Shown: positions 1 through 11,367 of the stretch, piece after piece
Position numbering within the stretch: the first letter of the stretch is position 1
How the letters are laid out: each line of letters begins with the position of its first letter
Source: an uncultured Clostridia bacterium
Lineage (GTDB): Bacteria; Bacillota; Clostridia; TANB77; CAG-508
DNA: 64,000 nt
Direction of reading: 5' to 3'
NCBI GenBank assembly: GCA_928721565.1
Contig: OV788638.1
Span: 68,229 to 132,228 of the forward strand
The notes under the pieces: generated by a model
Told to the model about the DNA's origin: nothing
Databases searched by the model: none
What the model saw: only the letters and a program-made list of their open reading frames with translations
Program-made: the position numbers and the translations under genes

Positions 1-3000
1 TACATGCAAATAAATAACTTGAATCTACATTTCCAAATATTGCATCATCACTACCTATATATACTTTAACAGTTCCATTTGCATTTGTTTCATACCATGC
101 AATAATTGACTTATCTTGAGCTGCTGAAACATCCCATGCTGTATCATTTTTATATTCTTTTGCTGATTTGTCATAAATTGTTGTTGGTATGTTATCTACA
201 AATGTTATATTATCTATATTTTTTCTTTGTATATTGGTATTTCCTAAGAATGCCTTACTAGCATTCCTCGTATTATCAAAGCCATTACTATTAGCAACAC
301 GATCACTATCTACATTAGCAGACTTCAATGTTGTAAACAATGTTAAATCTGTAGCCTTATTAGTATTTCCCGACTTATCTGTAATTGCCCCTGGTTGAAT
401 TTGAATCTTAATTTGTCCTTTTGTAAAGTCTAAACCTGCTCCACTAAGACTTATTACATGTTGTACTCCTATTTGAGTCTTTCCATCTGAGCTATTTACA
501 ACTGTTGCTGCACCAACTTGGATATCTACTCCTGAAACTTCTGCTCCATCTACAAATACCTTTATCTTATCTGCTGTTAAATCACTACTTGCAAAATATT
601 TGTCTGTTCCTTTTACTGTTATTGATGCTGTTTTTGCATTTACATCTACTGTTGATTTTACTTTCTCCCATATTGGGTCTACTACGTCAACTACTTTTCC
701 ATCATTTACTCCTGTGTCTCCACTTGGTATGTCTATTCCTGATGTTATTGTTGTTGCATTGTTTGCATTTCCTTCTGTATCAAATACTTTTTCTTCTGGA
801 ATTGCTACTGTAATTACTCCACTGTAATCCATTGTTTCTTTTCCTGCAAGTTTTTCTAATTGCTCTAAATGTGATAATTTCAATGTATATCGTTTTCCTA
901 TTACTTTGCTTTCTCCATTTATTGTATTTGTTAAATCCTCTGTTGTTAATTCTTTTACAACTCCATGTACTCCAGTGTTATCCCAATTTGGTTCTTCTCC
1001 ATCTATTTTGATGTTTAAATCACTTAAGCTTAATGTACTATTTTTGAAGTGTTTATCTGTCATATCAAATACCATTGTAAATGTTTTTCCATCATAATCT
1101 ATATCTGATTCTGTATATTTATAAGTTGCATTTGGTTTGATAAAGTCTACCATATCTCCTTCTATTGTTGTTTCTTCATTTTTGTTTGGGTCTGGTGTAT
1201 TTGTATCTTGTACTGCTCCTTCTGCAATCTTAATTGAGTAATTTCCACTCCAATCTGAGTATTCTCTATTGTAATCTATTGTCTTTCTTGCTTGTTCTAA
1301 GTCTGATAATACTAATTTATATTGATGTCCTATTACTTTTGATGTTCCGTTTACTGTTCCTGTTATATCAGATTCTTTTGTCAATGTTCTTGTTATTTGG
1401 TCTGTTGGTACCAATTCTCCATCTACATATACTGAAATTTCGTCTGTTGTTACCAAATCTGTTGTGTCTAAATATTTGTCTATTACATTAAATACGAATG
1501 TTTCTGTTTGTGCTGTTTTATCTTTGCTTGATGAAACTTTTTCAATTTTTGGTTTTATAAAGTCTACATGTCCTAGTTCAAATTCTTGTTTATTGCTTGT
1601 ATTGTTTGATTCGTCTTTTAATGTATTTTCTGCTATTTCTATTTTTGTTGTTCCACTCCATTCGAAGAATTGTTTTCCTGTTTGTTTTTCTGCTTCTTCC
1701 CAATTCTCTAATGTTAGTGTATATTTTACTCCATATTGTACTTGTTGTCCGTCTCTTATTTCTGTTAATGGTGTAGGTGTTTCACTTAAAGTTTTTGTAA
1801 TACTTGTAGCATTTTGTCCATCAACATTTACTATAATTTTGTCTGTTGTTAAACTATTACTTGCATAGTATTTATCAGTACCAATTAAGTCTACTGTTAC
1901 TTGTTTGTTTGTATTATCTATATTTACATTTTCTGCTTTCCATATTGGGTCTACAACGTCTACTGTTACTTGACTTCCTGTATTGTCTGGTTCATTTACA
2001 CCAATTGTTATTGTTTTAGCAGTGTTGGAGTTGCCAGATTTATCTGTTGCAACTCCTTCTGGAAATGTAATACTCATTGGTCCGCTATAGTCTTTATAGG
2101 TTCCATTTACAGTTGACTGTTCTAAACCACCTATTACCAATTTGTATTTTTCTCCAATTTTTACTTCTTGACCATTTCGCGTTTCAGTTATATCTTCCAC
2201 TTTTGTTAGTGTTTTGGTTATTTTTGCATTTGGAATTTGTGTATCTGTATCTATTAGTTTTACTGCTAATTTGCTTGCTGCATTTTCTTCACTCAATTTT
2301 GTGCTTGCAAAATATTTGTCTGTTACTGAGAATTCTACTGTTAGTGTTTTGTTGGTATAATCTATGTTGTCATCTGCATATACATATGTTATTTCTGGTG
2401 CAATGTAGTCTGTGAACATTACTCCATTTGTATTTTTGTCTACCTTATTTGCCTCTGCTATTTCTATGTCTGTCATTTCTCCTGTTGTATCTATTGCTTT
2501 CAAATTTTGGTTATTATATTTGTCTGCCAATGTCTTCTTATCAATCTTTAATGAAATGTTTCCACTCCATTCTTTGTAGCTTTTTCCTTTAATTCTTCCT
2601 ACATCTATGTTTGATAATGTTAATACTTGTAATACATCATTTGCTCCTGTTACTGCATTCTTTACTGTTGTTGCACTTCCAAGTTCTTTTGTTATTGTTT
2701 CTTGGTTCTCTATTGTTGTTTCTTCTCCATCAAAGTATACATGTATATCGTCTGCTGTTAGTGTACTTGTTACATCACTTGTGTGGTCTTTTCCTGCTTC
2801 TGCATTTGTTCTTCCTCTTAATGTTATTGTTATTTTGCTTTTGCTTATGTCTGTGTCGTCTATTGTTAGTGTTGATGATTCTTTTACCCATTCTGTTCTG
2901 TATTTTGGATTTATGGTTCCTTGTACACTTCCTTCTATTGGTTCTATCGTACCAAGATCATATTGTTCGAATTTTATTGTTGTGTCTGAGTCAGTATTTA

Positions 3001-3283
3001 GTTTGAATGTGTTTTTGTCTTGATATATTTGCTCTGGTGCATAGATTGTTATTTCTCCTGTTTTTCCTGTTCCTGCAAATATATCTTCATATGCTTTATG
3101 TGTTGTGTCACTTCCTTCTGTAGTGATATCTCCATCTGGTATTTTTGTAAATGCTGGCCCTAAATCTAAGCTTGTCATTGCTGTATATCCTGTCATTGCA
3201 AACATCTGAGCCATATCAGTTACATTACTTGTGTCAAATTTGTCTCCTAAGTCTAAGCTTGTCATTGCTGTGCATCCTGTACC
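1..3283 (-). pseudogene. Downstream (C-terminal) reading frame of giant DUF285/BspA-like surface protein gene. It is open from 3283 to the left window edge and shifted by one nt relative to ORF 3234..10883.
   Basis: Hand translation of the minus strand from 3283 gives GTGCTAMTSLDLGDKFDTSNVTDMAQMFAMTGYTAMTSLDLGPAFTKIPDGD..., which continues the DUF285 repeat. No minus-strand stop-bounded ORF is listed for 1..3233, although the DNA is homologous to coding parts of the giant genes (7..328 is identical to 3821..4142). This is consistent with one frame staying open past the window edge. Confidence 0.7.
7..328. repeat. ~322-bp exact direct repeat of 3821..4142 (DUF285-block cap region) within the first giant gene
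   Basis: Read by eye, 7..328 and 3821..4142 are identical (offset 3814). They diverge after gacttcaa. Confidence 0.85.
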
Positions 3284-6200
3284 GTTCAAACATCTCCCTC
3301 ATATCTGTTACATTACTTGTATCAAATTTGTCTCCTAAGTTCAAACTTGTCATTGCTGTGAATCCTGCATTAGCAAACATTCTTACCATATCTGTTACAT
3401 TGCTTGTGTCAAAATTACTTCCTAAATCTAGTACTGTCATGGCAAAAAATCCTGTACATTCAAACATACACCCCATATCAGTTACTTTACTTGTATCAAA
3501 TCTCTCTCCTAAATCTAAGCTTGTCATTGCTACATATCCTGTACCGCTAAACATTTTACTCATATTAGTTACATTACTTGTATCAAAATTTTCGCCTAAA
3601 TTTAGACTTGTCATTGCTGTATATCCTGTGTCTTCAAACATATAACTCATATTTGTTACATTACTTGTATCAAAATTGTTTCCTAAATCTAGTGCTGTCA
3701 TGGCTTCGCTTCCTGTATCTGCAAACATACAACTCATATTTGTTACATTAGTTGTATTTAATAATCCTATATTGGTAATTGTTTCTGTTGTCGCACAATT
3801 ATCTGAACTTCCTACTCCAGCAAATAAATAACTTGAATCTACATTTCCAAATATTGCATCATCACTACCTATATATACTTTAACAGTTCCATTTGCATTT
3901 GTTTCATACCATGCAATAATTGACTTATCTTGAGCTGCTGAAACATCCCATGCTGTATCATTTTTATATTCTTTTGCTGATTTGTCATAAATTGTTGTTG
4001 GTATGTTATCTACAAATGTTATATTATCTATATTTTTTCTTTGTATATTGGTATTTCCTAAGAATGCCTTACTAGCATTCCTCGTATTATCAAAGCCATT
4101 ACTATTAGCAACACGATCACTATCTACATTAGCAGACTTCAAAGTATTATAAATTCTAAAAATAGTATCTTTATTAGAATTACCAAACTTATCAGTAAGA
4201 ATACCAGAAGGAATGCCAAACGCAACCTGATTTTTATCTGTTGGATAATTAGAAACTGTAACAGTATATTGAACACCATATTGAACACTAGTTGTATTGC
4301 CTCCAGAAGTACGTTGTTCAGTTAGAGTTGTAGCTGAACTTAGTTCAATAGTTGCTCCTGTATACGGTACTCCATCAACAAATAATTTTATATCATCTTT
4401 TTTCAATGTACTATTTGCAAAATACTTATCAGTACCTTTTATAGTAACTGTTGCAGTTTTATTTTTAATATCTGTAGTACCACTTACTTTTTCCCATAAT
4501 GGATCAACTACGTCCACAATCTCTCCGCTTCCACTAGCATCTCCACCAGGAATATCAATACCTGAAGTAATTGTTTTTGCAATATTTTTATTTCCAGATG
4601 TATCAACCATCTTATCTGCTGGGATAGCTACTGTAATTACACCACTGTAATCCAAGTAATTATCTCCTTCTTTTATTTGAAGTTGTTCTAAATTAGATAA
4701 TGTTAAAGCATAGTGTTTACCAATAACTTTACTTTCTCCATTAACTATACTAGTTTTATTTTCAACTTGTAATGATACTGTTACTTTAGTTGTATCAATA
4801 TCTTTATCATCAACTTTAATTTTCAAGTCATTTGTAGTCAAGTCTGTTGATTTTGTTGAATCATAATATTTATCTATCATGTCAAATTCCATTGTAAATG
4901 TTTTGTCATCTTTGTTTATATCTGCAGTTGAGTACTTATATTTTACTTCTGGATTAATCATATCTAACATTTCAGAAATTGTTGTTGTTTCTTCATTTAT
5001 TGTATTTCCTTTAATGTCTCTTGCAGCTGTTTTGTCAATCTTAACTTCCAATGTTCCACTCAATTCCCTATAGTCTCTAGTAGATGTTATAAACTGTTCA
5101 TCTGTTTCTACTATTGGTGTTAATTCCAATGTATATTGATGTCCAACAACTTTTTCTTTACCATCAATTATTGTTTTTATTTCAACTGATTTTGTTATTG
5201 TTTTTGTTACTTTATTATCTATCTTTGTTCCATCCATCCATATTGTCATTTCATCTGTTGTTATAAGTTTTGATGAATCATAGTTTTTATCTGTAACATT
5301 AAAGATTATAGTTGCTTTATTATTTTCAACATCTTCTATTTTTTGTACTTTATAGATTTCTGGTCCTATTGAATCTATATTTCCTACATATAATTTTTGC
5401 TGTTTAGTTGAGTTTCCATATTGATCTGTTACAACTCCTGCTTTAATTATTAAAGATATATCTCCTCCATTTTCGTTTCTGTATTTAGCTGTATTTCCAA
5501 CTATTGGATCGATTGGAGTGAATTCTGTATATCCTCCATCTGCTGGAGTTATGTTTGTTAATGTTAGTGTATATTCATATTCTTGATTTGCCACTATTTC
5601 TTCTGGTCCTGTTAATGTTTTTATTATTGCTGTTGAATTTGTGTCATTTACAAGTATTTGAATATCTTCTTTTTTTAAGTTAAATATACTTGAATCTTTT
5701 GTCAAGAATTTATCTTTAACTCTTATTTTTACAATTCCATTGTCAGTATCAACACTTGGAACTGACCATACAGGATCAACTACATCCACTATTGTTCCGT
5801 TTCCGGTTCCATCTGGTTCATTTTTTCCTATAGTTATTGTTTGTGGTGCACTTTTGTTTTGTGATTTGTCTTTAACGGTTCCGGCTTCAAATGCTAGTGA
5901 CATATAACCACTATATTTGTAACCGTCACCAATTCCATCTTCTCCTTCTTGGTCTAGTCCTGTAATTGTTAATTTGTATCTTTCTCCGATTTTTGTATTT
6001 TCTACTCCGTCTACAGTGTCTGTTATGTCTTGGACTTTTTCAAGTGTTTTATTTATTGCTTTGTTTAATTCTGTTTTGTCATAATCATCAATTCCTACTG
6101 TTATTTGACTTGCATCTAAGTTTGATAATGTTGTGCTTTCAAAATATTTATCTACTACATCAAATGTTATTTCTACTTTTTCTCCTTCACCATGTACTAT

Positions 6201-9200
6201 TGTTGTGTCTGATGCTTTATAAGTGAATTCTGGTTTTATGAAGTCTGCAAATAATGAGTTTGCTGTGTTTTTGCTTACTGTTTCTGTTTTTAATGTGTCA
6301 TCTATTCTTGTTCCATCATCATTTATTTGAACATTGTGGTTTCCATATTTGTCTCCTGCTGTTCCTTGTGCTACTTCTATTGTTATGTTTCCACTCCATT
6401 CTTTGTAGCTTTTTCCTAGTCTTCCTTTTTCAAAGTTTGATAGTGTTATTTCTTGTAATACGTCTTTTGCTCCTGTTTTTTCATTTGTTGTTTGTGTTGC
6501 TGTTCCAATTTTTTTTGTTACATCTTGTGTTATGTCTTCTCCGTCTATTAGTATTTTTATTTGATCTGTTGTTAGTGTACTTGTTACATCACTTGTGTAT
6601 TCATTTGCACTAACTGCTGTGTTTGTTGTTCCTCTTAGTTTGATTTTTATTTTTGGTGTGTTTGCGTCTGTTGTGTCTATTGTTGTTCCTTCTTTTATCC
6701 ATTCTGTTCTGTATTTTGGATTGATTGTTCCTGTTGTTAGTTGTATTGTTGTTTCTGAGTCTGTACCTGTTTTGAAGTGTGTGCTATCTTGGTATATTGC
6801 TTCTGGTGCTTGAATTATTAGTGAGCCTGATTTGCCTGTGCCTGTGAATATGTCTGCATTAGAATCAGCTATTTTTGTAAATGCTGGTCCTAAATCTAAG
6901 CTTGTCATTGCTTCAAATCCTGTCCACTCAAACATACTCGACATTCTTGTTACATTACTTGTATCAAAATTATCTCCTAAGTTCAGACTTGTCATTGCTG
7001 TAGCTCCTGTTCTCCAAAACATCTGAGTCATACTAGTTACATTACTTGTATCAAAATTATCTCCTAAGTTCAGACTTGTCATTGCTGTAGCTCCTGTATC
7101 ATAAAACATTCGTGTCATATTTGTTACTTTGCTTGTGCTAAATTTGTCTCCTAAGTCTAAACTTGTCATTGCTGTATATCCTGTATCTGTGAACATTTCA
7201 CTCATATCTGTTACATTACTTGTATCAAATTTGTCTCCTAAATCTAGACTTGTCATCGCTGTATATCCTGTTTTACAAAACATGAACCACATACTTGTTA
7301 CATTACTTGTATCAAATTTGTCTCCTAAGTCTAAGCTTGTCATTGCTGTGTATCCTGTGTCGACAAACATTTTCTTCATACTTGTTACATTACTTGTATC
7401 AAATTTATCTCCTAAGTCTAAGCTTGTCATTGCTGTGTATCCTGTTCTGGCAAACATTTGATTCATACTTGTTACATTACTTGTATCAAAATTATCTCCT
7501 AGGTTTAAACTTGTCATTGCTGTATATCCTGTATTATCAAACATAAAGCTCATATTAGTTACATTAGTTGTATTTAATAATTCAATATTAGTAATTGTTT
7601 CTGTTGATGTACATTTATTACTTGTTCCAATACTAGTAAACAAATAACTTGAATCAATATTACCAAATATTTCATCATCACTTCCAATATACACTTTAAA
7701 AGTTCCATTGTCATTTGTTTCATACCATGCAATAATTGATTTATCTTGAACTGCTGAAACATCCCATGCAGTATCATTTTTATATACTTTAGTTGTTTTA
7801 TCATATACAGATATCGGAATATTATCCACAAATGTTATATTATCAATATCAGGTCTCTTAATAGTTGTATTTCCTAAAAAAGATTTATCTCTTCCTGCAT
7901 TAAATATATAATCTTTTCCCCTGTCACTATCTACATTAGCACTCTTCAAAGTATTATAAACCAAAAACTCTTTTTCCAAGCTCTTATTACCATACTTGTC
8001 TGTAATTGTATCTGCAAGAATGCGTATTTTAACTTGTTTTTTATCTATAGGATATCCCTTTACTGATATTGTATATTGATTTCCATACTGTACTTGCGAA
8101 ATTGTTCCATTTACCATTCTATCTTCTTTTAGTGCTGTTGCTCCACTAACACTTAATGTCACTTGACTAGTTATTTCTGCACCATCTGCAAAAACCTTTA
8201 TATTACTATTTGTCAATGTACTATTTGCAAAATATGTATCTGTAGCATTTACTGTCAATGTTGCAATTGTAGGTGTTGCTTTTAAATCTACTGTTCCATT
8301 TACTTTACTCCATATTGGTTTTACAACATCCACTACCTTTGTATCTCCAGTATCTCCTCCAGGAATATCCACACCAGAAGTTATAGTTTTTGCAAGATTA
8401 GAATTTTTTGATGTATCTTTTATTTTGTCTTTAGCAATACCTACTGTAACAATACCACTGTAATCTAGTGTTGTGCTTCCTTCCGCTAAGTCTAAATTCT
8501 CTAATCCTGAAATTGTTAATACATATTTTGTTCCTATAACAGTTTCTGCAACTGTTTCAACTTTTCCCGTTGCTGTATTTGTCTTTTTGATATTTTTTGC
8601 TTTGACTTGTTCATCTGAATTTAATGTTATAGTTACAGGTGAATTTTTTAAGTCATATATTTTCTCTTGATTATTTGCATCAAGTTTTCCATTTGTCATT
8701 TGAATTGTTAAGTCATCTAATGTCAATTTTCCGCTCTCATAATATTTATCAGTTACATCAAATGCCATTTTGAATGATTTTGTATTTTTATCAATGTCTT
8801 CTGTTAAATATTTATATGTGATGTCAGGTTTTATAAAATCTACAAAGTCACCTTTTAGTGTTGTTTCTTTATTCTTATTTCCAGATGTATCTGTAGCTGT
8901 TCCAGCATCAATTTTTATTGAAACTGTACCACTCCAATCTGTAAATTCTCTATCTCTATTTATTGTAGTTCTTGCTTCTTCAAAATCAGTCAATTCTAAT
9001 GTATAACGTTTTCCAACCACTTTTGTTGTTCCATCTATTGTTGCTTTTAGGTCTTCAATTGATTTAATTGTTTTTGTTATACTTGTAGCTTCTTCATCAT
9101 CTACCATTACATGTATTTTTGATGTATCTGTTGTTGTTATTGCTGATGTATCTAAATATTTATCTACCACATCAAATACAATTGTTTCTTTGTTGTTTGC

Positions 9201-10883
9201 AGAATCTTTTGTTGATGATACTTTTATTATTTCTGGTGCTATTGTATCAATATGGTCTAATGGTATTTCAAGTTTTTGGTTCTTGTTGTTAGAACTATCA
9301 ATAATTGTATTTTCTGGTATTATTATTGTTGTATTACCACTATACTCTCTATACACTCTTCCAGTAGATGCATCTGTTGCATATTTATCTCTTTCAGCTT
9401 TGAATAGTTCATCACTTTCTTCTAAGTCTGTCAATGTAAATTTGTAATGTACTCCATAAGCTAAGTCTTCAACTTTTGTTAATGTTCTTGTTATTTGTGT
9501 TTTATTTTCTTCTGATGTAATATCTACACCATCCACAATTACTTGAATTTTATCTGCTGTTAAGCTATTACTTGCATAATATTTATCTGTTCCGTATAAG
9601 TCCATTGTTGCTGTAATTTTACCTGTTGTTGAATCTGTTACTTTTTGAACATTTTCAACTGTCCATACTGGATCAACTATATCAACTATTTCTTGATTTC
9701 CAGTATTGTCTGGTTCATTTACACCAATTGTTATTGTTTTTGCAATATTTGTATTTCCTGATTTATCTTCTGCAATATTTTCTGGAAATGTTATACTCAT
9801 TGGTCCACTATAATTTCTGTATTCATCTCCATTTGCAATTGTTTTTTGCTCTAATCCTCCAATAACTAATTTGTACTTTTCACCGATTTTTACAGTTTCA
9901 TTGTCACGTGTTTCTGTTATATCTGATGTTTTTGTTAATGTTTTTGTTATGTTTGCATCTGGAATTAATTTATCTGTATCTAGTAATTTTATTTTTATGT
10001 TGTCTGTTGCATTCTCTTCACTTAATTTTGAACTTGAAAAATATTTATCTACTACTGAAAATTCTACTGTTAGTGTTTTGTTTGTATAATCGATATTTCC
10101 ATTTGAATAAATGTATGTAATCTCTGGTGAAACATAATCAGCAAACATTTCATTTACTGTATTGTGATCTGTTTTTGTATCTTGGATTTCAATATTAATC
10201 CATGTTCCATCTTTTTGTATTTCCATCATGCTTTGATTTCCAGCCTCATCTGTTAATACATTTTCATTGTAAGTACTTTCATCTTGTCCTCTACCTGCTA
10301 TTTTTATAGAAACATTACCAGACCATTCTTTGTAGTTCTTCCCTGCCTGTCTTACTTTTTCCTCTAAATTTGATATTGTTATTTTGTATGTAATCTCATT
10401 CTTTTTTGATGTTTCATTTGTCTCATTTGTTACCTCTTCAACCTCTACAGTTGGATGCTTTACACTATCTTCTCCTTGGTTACCTCCACTAGTAGTTTCG
10501 TCTGTTACTTCTACCCCATCTATAAATACTGTTATGTCATCTGCCTTTAATGTACTTGTTACATTACTTGCATAATTTATATCTGTATTTGCATTTATAT
10601 TTTTAGATTCATATGCAGCACCTTTTACTATAACTGATAAAGTCTTATCTGATGCACTAAATGAACTTGAAACTTTTTCCCACTTTGGTCTGTATATCGG
10701 ATTTATAGTTCCATGATCTAAACCTACTGTATCATCTGTCTGTGTATCACTAGCTACTGTATCATCTGTCTGTGTATCACTAGCTTCTGTATATCCAGAA
10801 AAATTTATATAAAAACCTAATGTCATAATTATGGTTATAAAAACTAATACTATTTTTTTTACTTTTTTTCTCTTTTTAAACAT
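3234..10883 (-). CDS. Giant secreted/surface protein, N-terminal 2549-aa ORF (DUF285/BspA-type repeat blocks plus ~130-aa beta-sandwich-like modules). Probably truncated by the frame disruption at 3284.
   Basis: ORF track. N-terminus MFKKRKKVKKIVLVFITIIMTLGFYINFSGY is a signal or signal-anchor. RBS GGAGG at 10890..10894. Two blocks of ~26-aa repeats (AMTSLDLGDKFDTSNVTxMxxMFxxTGYT; DNA ~3290-3760 and ~6880-7560), each preceded by a cap FLGNTxIxRxxIDNITFVDN...TAWDVSAxQDKSIIAWYE...KVYIGS. Intervening modules carry recurring DKY(F/Y), (E/D)(W/Y)SG and D(K/T)SGN motifs. Confidence 0.85.
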   Translation of the reverse strand: MFKKRKKVKKIVLVFITIIMTLGFYINFSGYTEASDTQTDDTVASDTQTDDTVGLDHGTINPIYRPKWEKVSSSFSASDKTLSVIVKGAAYESKNINANTDINYASNVTSTLKADDITVFIDGVEVTDETTSGGNQGEDSVKHPTVEVEEVTNETNETSKKNEITYKITISNLEEKVRQAGKNYKEWSGNVSIKIAGRGQDESTYNENVLTDEAGNQSMMEIQKDGTWINIEIQDTKTDHNTVNEMFADYVSPEITYIYSNGNIDYTNKTLTVEFSVVDKYFSSSKLSEENATDNIKIKLLDTDKLIPDANITKTLTKTSDITETRDNETVKIGEKYKLVIGGLEQKTIANGDEYRNYSGPMSITFPENIAEDKSGNTNIAKTITIGVNEPDNTGNQEIVDIVDPVWTVENVQKVTDSTTGKITATMDLYGTDKYYASNSLTADKIQVIVDGVDITSEENKTQITRTLTKVEDLAYGVHYKFTLTDLEESDELFKAERDKYATDASTGRVYREYSGNTTIIIPENTIIDSSNNKNQKLEIPLDHIDTIAPEIIKVSSTKDSANNKETIVFDVVDKYLDTSAITTTDTSKIHVMVDDEEATSITKTIKSIEDLKATIDGTTKVVGKRYTLELTDFEEARTTINRDREFTDWSGTVSIKIDAGTATDTSGNKNKETTLKGDFVDFIKPDITYKYLTEDIDKNTKSFKMAFDVTDKYYESGKLTLDDLTIQMTNGKLDANNQEKIYDLKNSPVTITLNSDEQVKAKNIKKTNTATGKVETVAETVIGTKYVLTISGLENLDLAEGSTTLDYSGIVTVGIAKDKIKDTSKNSNLAKTITSGVDIPGGDTGDTKVVDVVKPIWSKVNGTVDLKATPTIATLTVNATDTYFANSTLTNSNIKVFADGAEITSQVTLSVSGATALKEDRMVNGTISQVQYGNQYTISVKGYPIDKKQVKIRILADTITDKYGNKSLEKEFLVYNTLKSANVDSDRGKDYIFNAGRDKSFLGNTTIKRPDIDNITFVDNIPISVYDKTTKVYKNDTAWDVSAVQDKSIIAWYETNDNGTFKVYIGSDDEIFGNIDSSYLFTSIGTSNKCTSTETITNIELLNTTNVTNMSFMFDNTGYTAMTSLNLGDNFDTSNVTSMNQMFARTGYTAMTSLDLGDKFDTSNVTSMKKMFVDTGYTAMTSLDLGDKFDTSNVTSMWFMFCKTGYTAMTSLDLGDKFDTSNVTDMSEMFTDTGYTAMTSLDLGDKFSTSKVTNMTRMFYDTGATAMTSLNLGDNFDTSNVTSMTQMFWRTGATAMTSLNLGDNFDTSNVTRMSSMFEWTGFEAMTSLDLGPAFTKIADSNADIFTGTGKSGSLIIQAPEAIYQDSTHFKTGTDSETTIQLTTGTINPKYRTEWIKEGTTIDTTDANTPKIKIKLRGTTNTAVSANEYTSDVTSTLTTDQIKILIDGEDITQDVTKKIGTATQTTNEKTGAKDVLQEITLSNFEKGRLGKSYKEWSGNITIEVAQGTAGDKYGNHNVQINDDGTRIDDTLKTETVSKNTANSLFADFIKPEFTYKASDTTIVHGEGEKVEITFDVVDKYFESTTLSNLDASQITVGIDDYDKTELNKAINKTLEKVQDITDTVDGVENTKIGERYKLTITGLDQEGEDGIGDGYKYSGYMSLAFEAGTVKDKSQNKSAPQTITIGKNEPDGTGNGTIVDVVDPVWSVPSVDTDNGIVKIRVKDKFLTKDSSIFNLKKEDIQILVNDTNSTAIIKTLTGPEEIVANQEYEYTLTLTNITPADGGYTEFTPIDPIVGNTAKYRNENGGDISLIIKAGVVTDQYGNSTKQQKLYVGNIDSIGPEIYKVQKIEDVENNKATIIFNVTDKNYDSSKLITTDEMTIWMDGTKIDNKVTKTITKSVEIKTIIDGKEKVVGHQYTLELTPIVETDEQFITSTRDYRELSGTLEVKIDKTAARDIKGNTINEETTTISEMLDMINPEVKYKYSTADINKDDKTFTMEFDMIDKYYDSTKSTDLTTNDLKIKVDDKDIDTTKVTVSLQVENKTSIVNGESKVIGKHYALTLSNLEQLQIKEGDNYLDYSGVITVAIPADKMVDTSGNKNIAKTITSGIDIPGGDASGSGEIVDVVDPLWEKVSGTTDIKNKTATVTIKGTDKYFANSTLKKDDIKLFVDGVPYTGATIELSSATTLTEQRTSGGNTTSVQYGVQYTVTVSNYPTDKNQVAFGIPSGILTDKFGNSNKDTIFRIYNTLKSANVDSDRVANSNGFDNTRNASKAFLGNTNIQRKNIDNITFVDNIPTTIYDKSAKEYKNDTAWDVSAAQDKSIIAWYETNANGTVKVYIGSDDAIFGNVDSSYLFAGVGSSDNCATTETITNIGLLNTTNVTNMSCMFADTGSEAMTALDLGNNFDTSNVTNMSYMFEDTGYTAMTSLNLGENFDTSNVTNMSKMFSGTGYVAMTSLDLGERFDTSKVTDMGCMFECTGFFAMTVLDLGSNFDTSNVTDMVRMFANAGFTAMTSLNLGDKFDTSNVTDMREMFERYRMHSNDKLRLRRQI
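10725..10784 (-). repeat. Perfect 30-bp tandem duplication just after the signal peptide (encodes ASDTQTDDTV twice)
   Basis: tactgtatcatctgtctgtgtatcactagc occurs twice in tandem (10725..10754 and 10755..10784). Confidence 0.9.
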
Positions 10884-10934
10884 GTTTTTCCTCCGTTTTT
10901 TGACTCAAAAATTCCGTCTTATTTCTCTATATAT

Positions 10935-10963
10935 TTTATATCATAACACACTATTTTTTTCAA
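10935..10963 (-). promoter_or_regulatory. Putative sigma-A-type promoter of the first giant gene (-35 TTGAAA, 17 nt spacer, -10 TATAAA)
   Basis: Minus strand reads TTGAAA (10958..10963), a 17-nt spacer, then TATAAA (10935..10940). The same arrangement and flanking sequence is conserved upstream of the second giant gene. Confidence 0.5.
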
Positions 10964-11020
10964 CGTTTTTCGGCATTTTTTTCAAAAAAAAAATACACCA
11001 AAATTGGTAAAATTTCCGGT

Positions 11021-11356
11021 CATTTAGGACCGGTTCTTTGTTGTCGTTTTGGTGGTCGTTTGGGGTCGTTTGGGACCGGTTCTCTGCTGTCGTTTATTGG
11101 TCATTGGTGGTCGTTTGGGACCGGTTCTCTTTTGAACATTTGCTCATTTGGGACCGGTTCTTGAATGAGCAAAAATTGCCAAAAAAATAAAGGCAACATA
11201 GCCAAATAGCTATATTGTCTTTATATTTCTGTTCATTTGGGACCGGTTCTCTTTTGAACACCTGCTCATTAGGGACCGGTTCTTAAAGGGACAATGCTCA
11301 TTAGGGACCGGTTCTTAAAGGAACAATGTTCATTGGGGACCGGTTCTTAAATGAAC
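11021..11356 (+). repeat. REP-like cluster 1: 8 copies, all with GGGACCGGTTCT on the + strand
   Basis: Cores start at 11027 (TAGGACC variant), 11072, 11117, 11150, 11239, 11272, 11304 and 11336. Flanks are (T/G)(G)(T/C)TCATT...(TAAATGAACA or CTTTTGAACA). Confidence 0.9.
11181..11219 (-). terminator. Putative rho-independent terminator of the 6634-aa gene, located in the middle of REP cluster 1
   Basis: Stem ggcaacatagc (11192..11202) pairs with gctatattgtc (11209..11219): 11 bp with one mismatch and one G-T. On the minus strand it is followed by TTTATTTTTTT (plus-strand A-run 11181..11191). Confidence 0.5.
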
Positions 11357-11367
11357 AATGCAAATAT

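Noticed and set aside
3281-3290. Programmed +1 ribosomal frameshift at the break in the first giant gene
   Set aside because: The context UUU GAA C GGU has no recognisable slippery or hungry-codon/stop motif, no upstream SD-like stimulator and no downstream structure that I could see. A mutation or a base-calling error is simpler.
7574-7831. 85-aa minus-strand ORF inside the first giant gene
   Set aside because: It is an alternative frame nested within the 2549-aa ORF, with no independent support.
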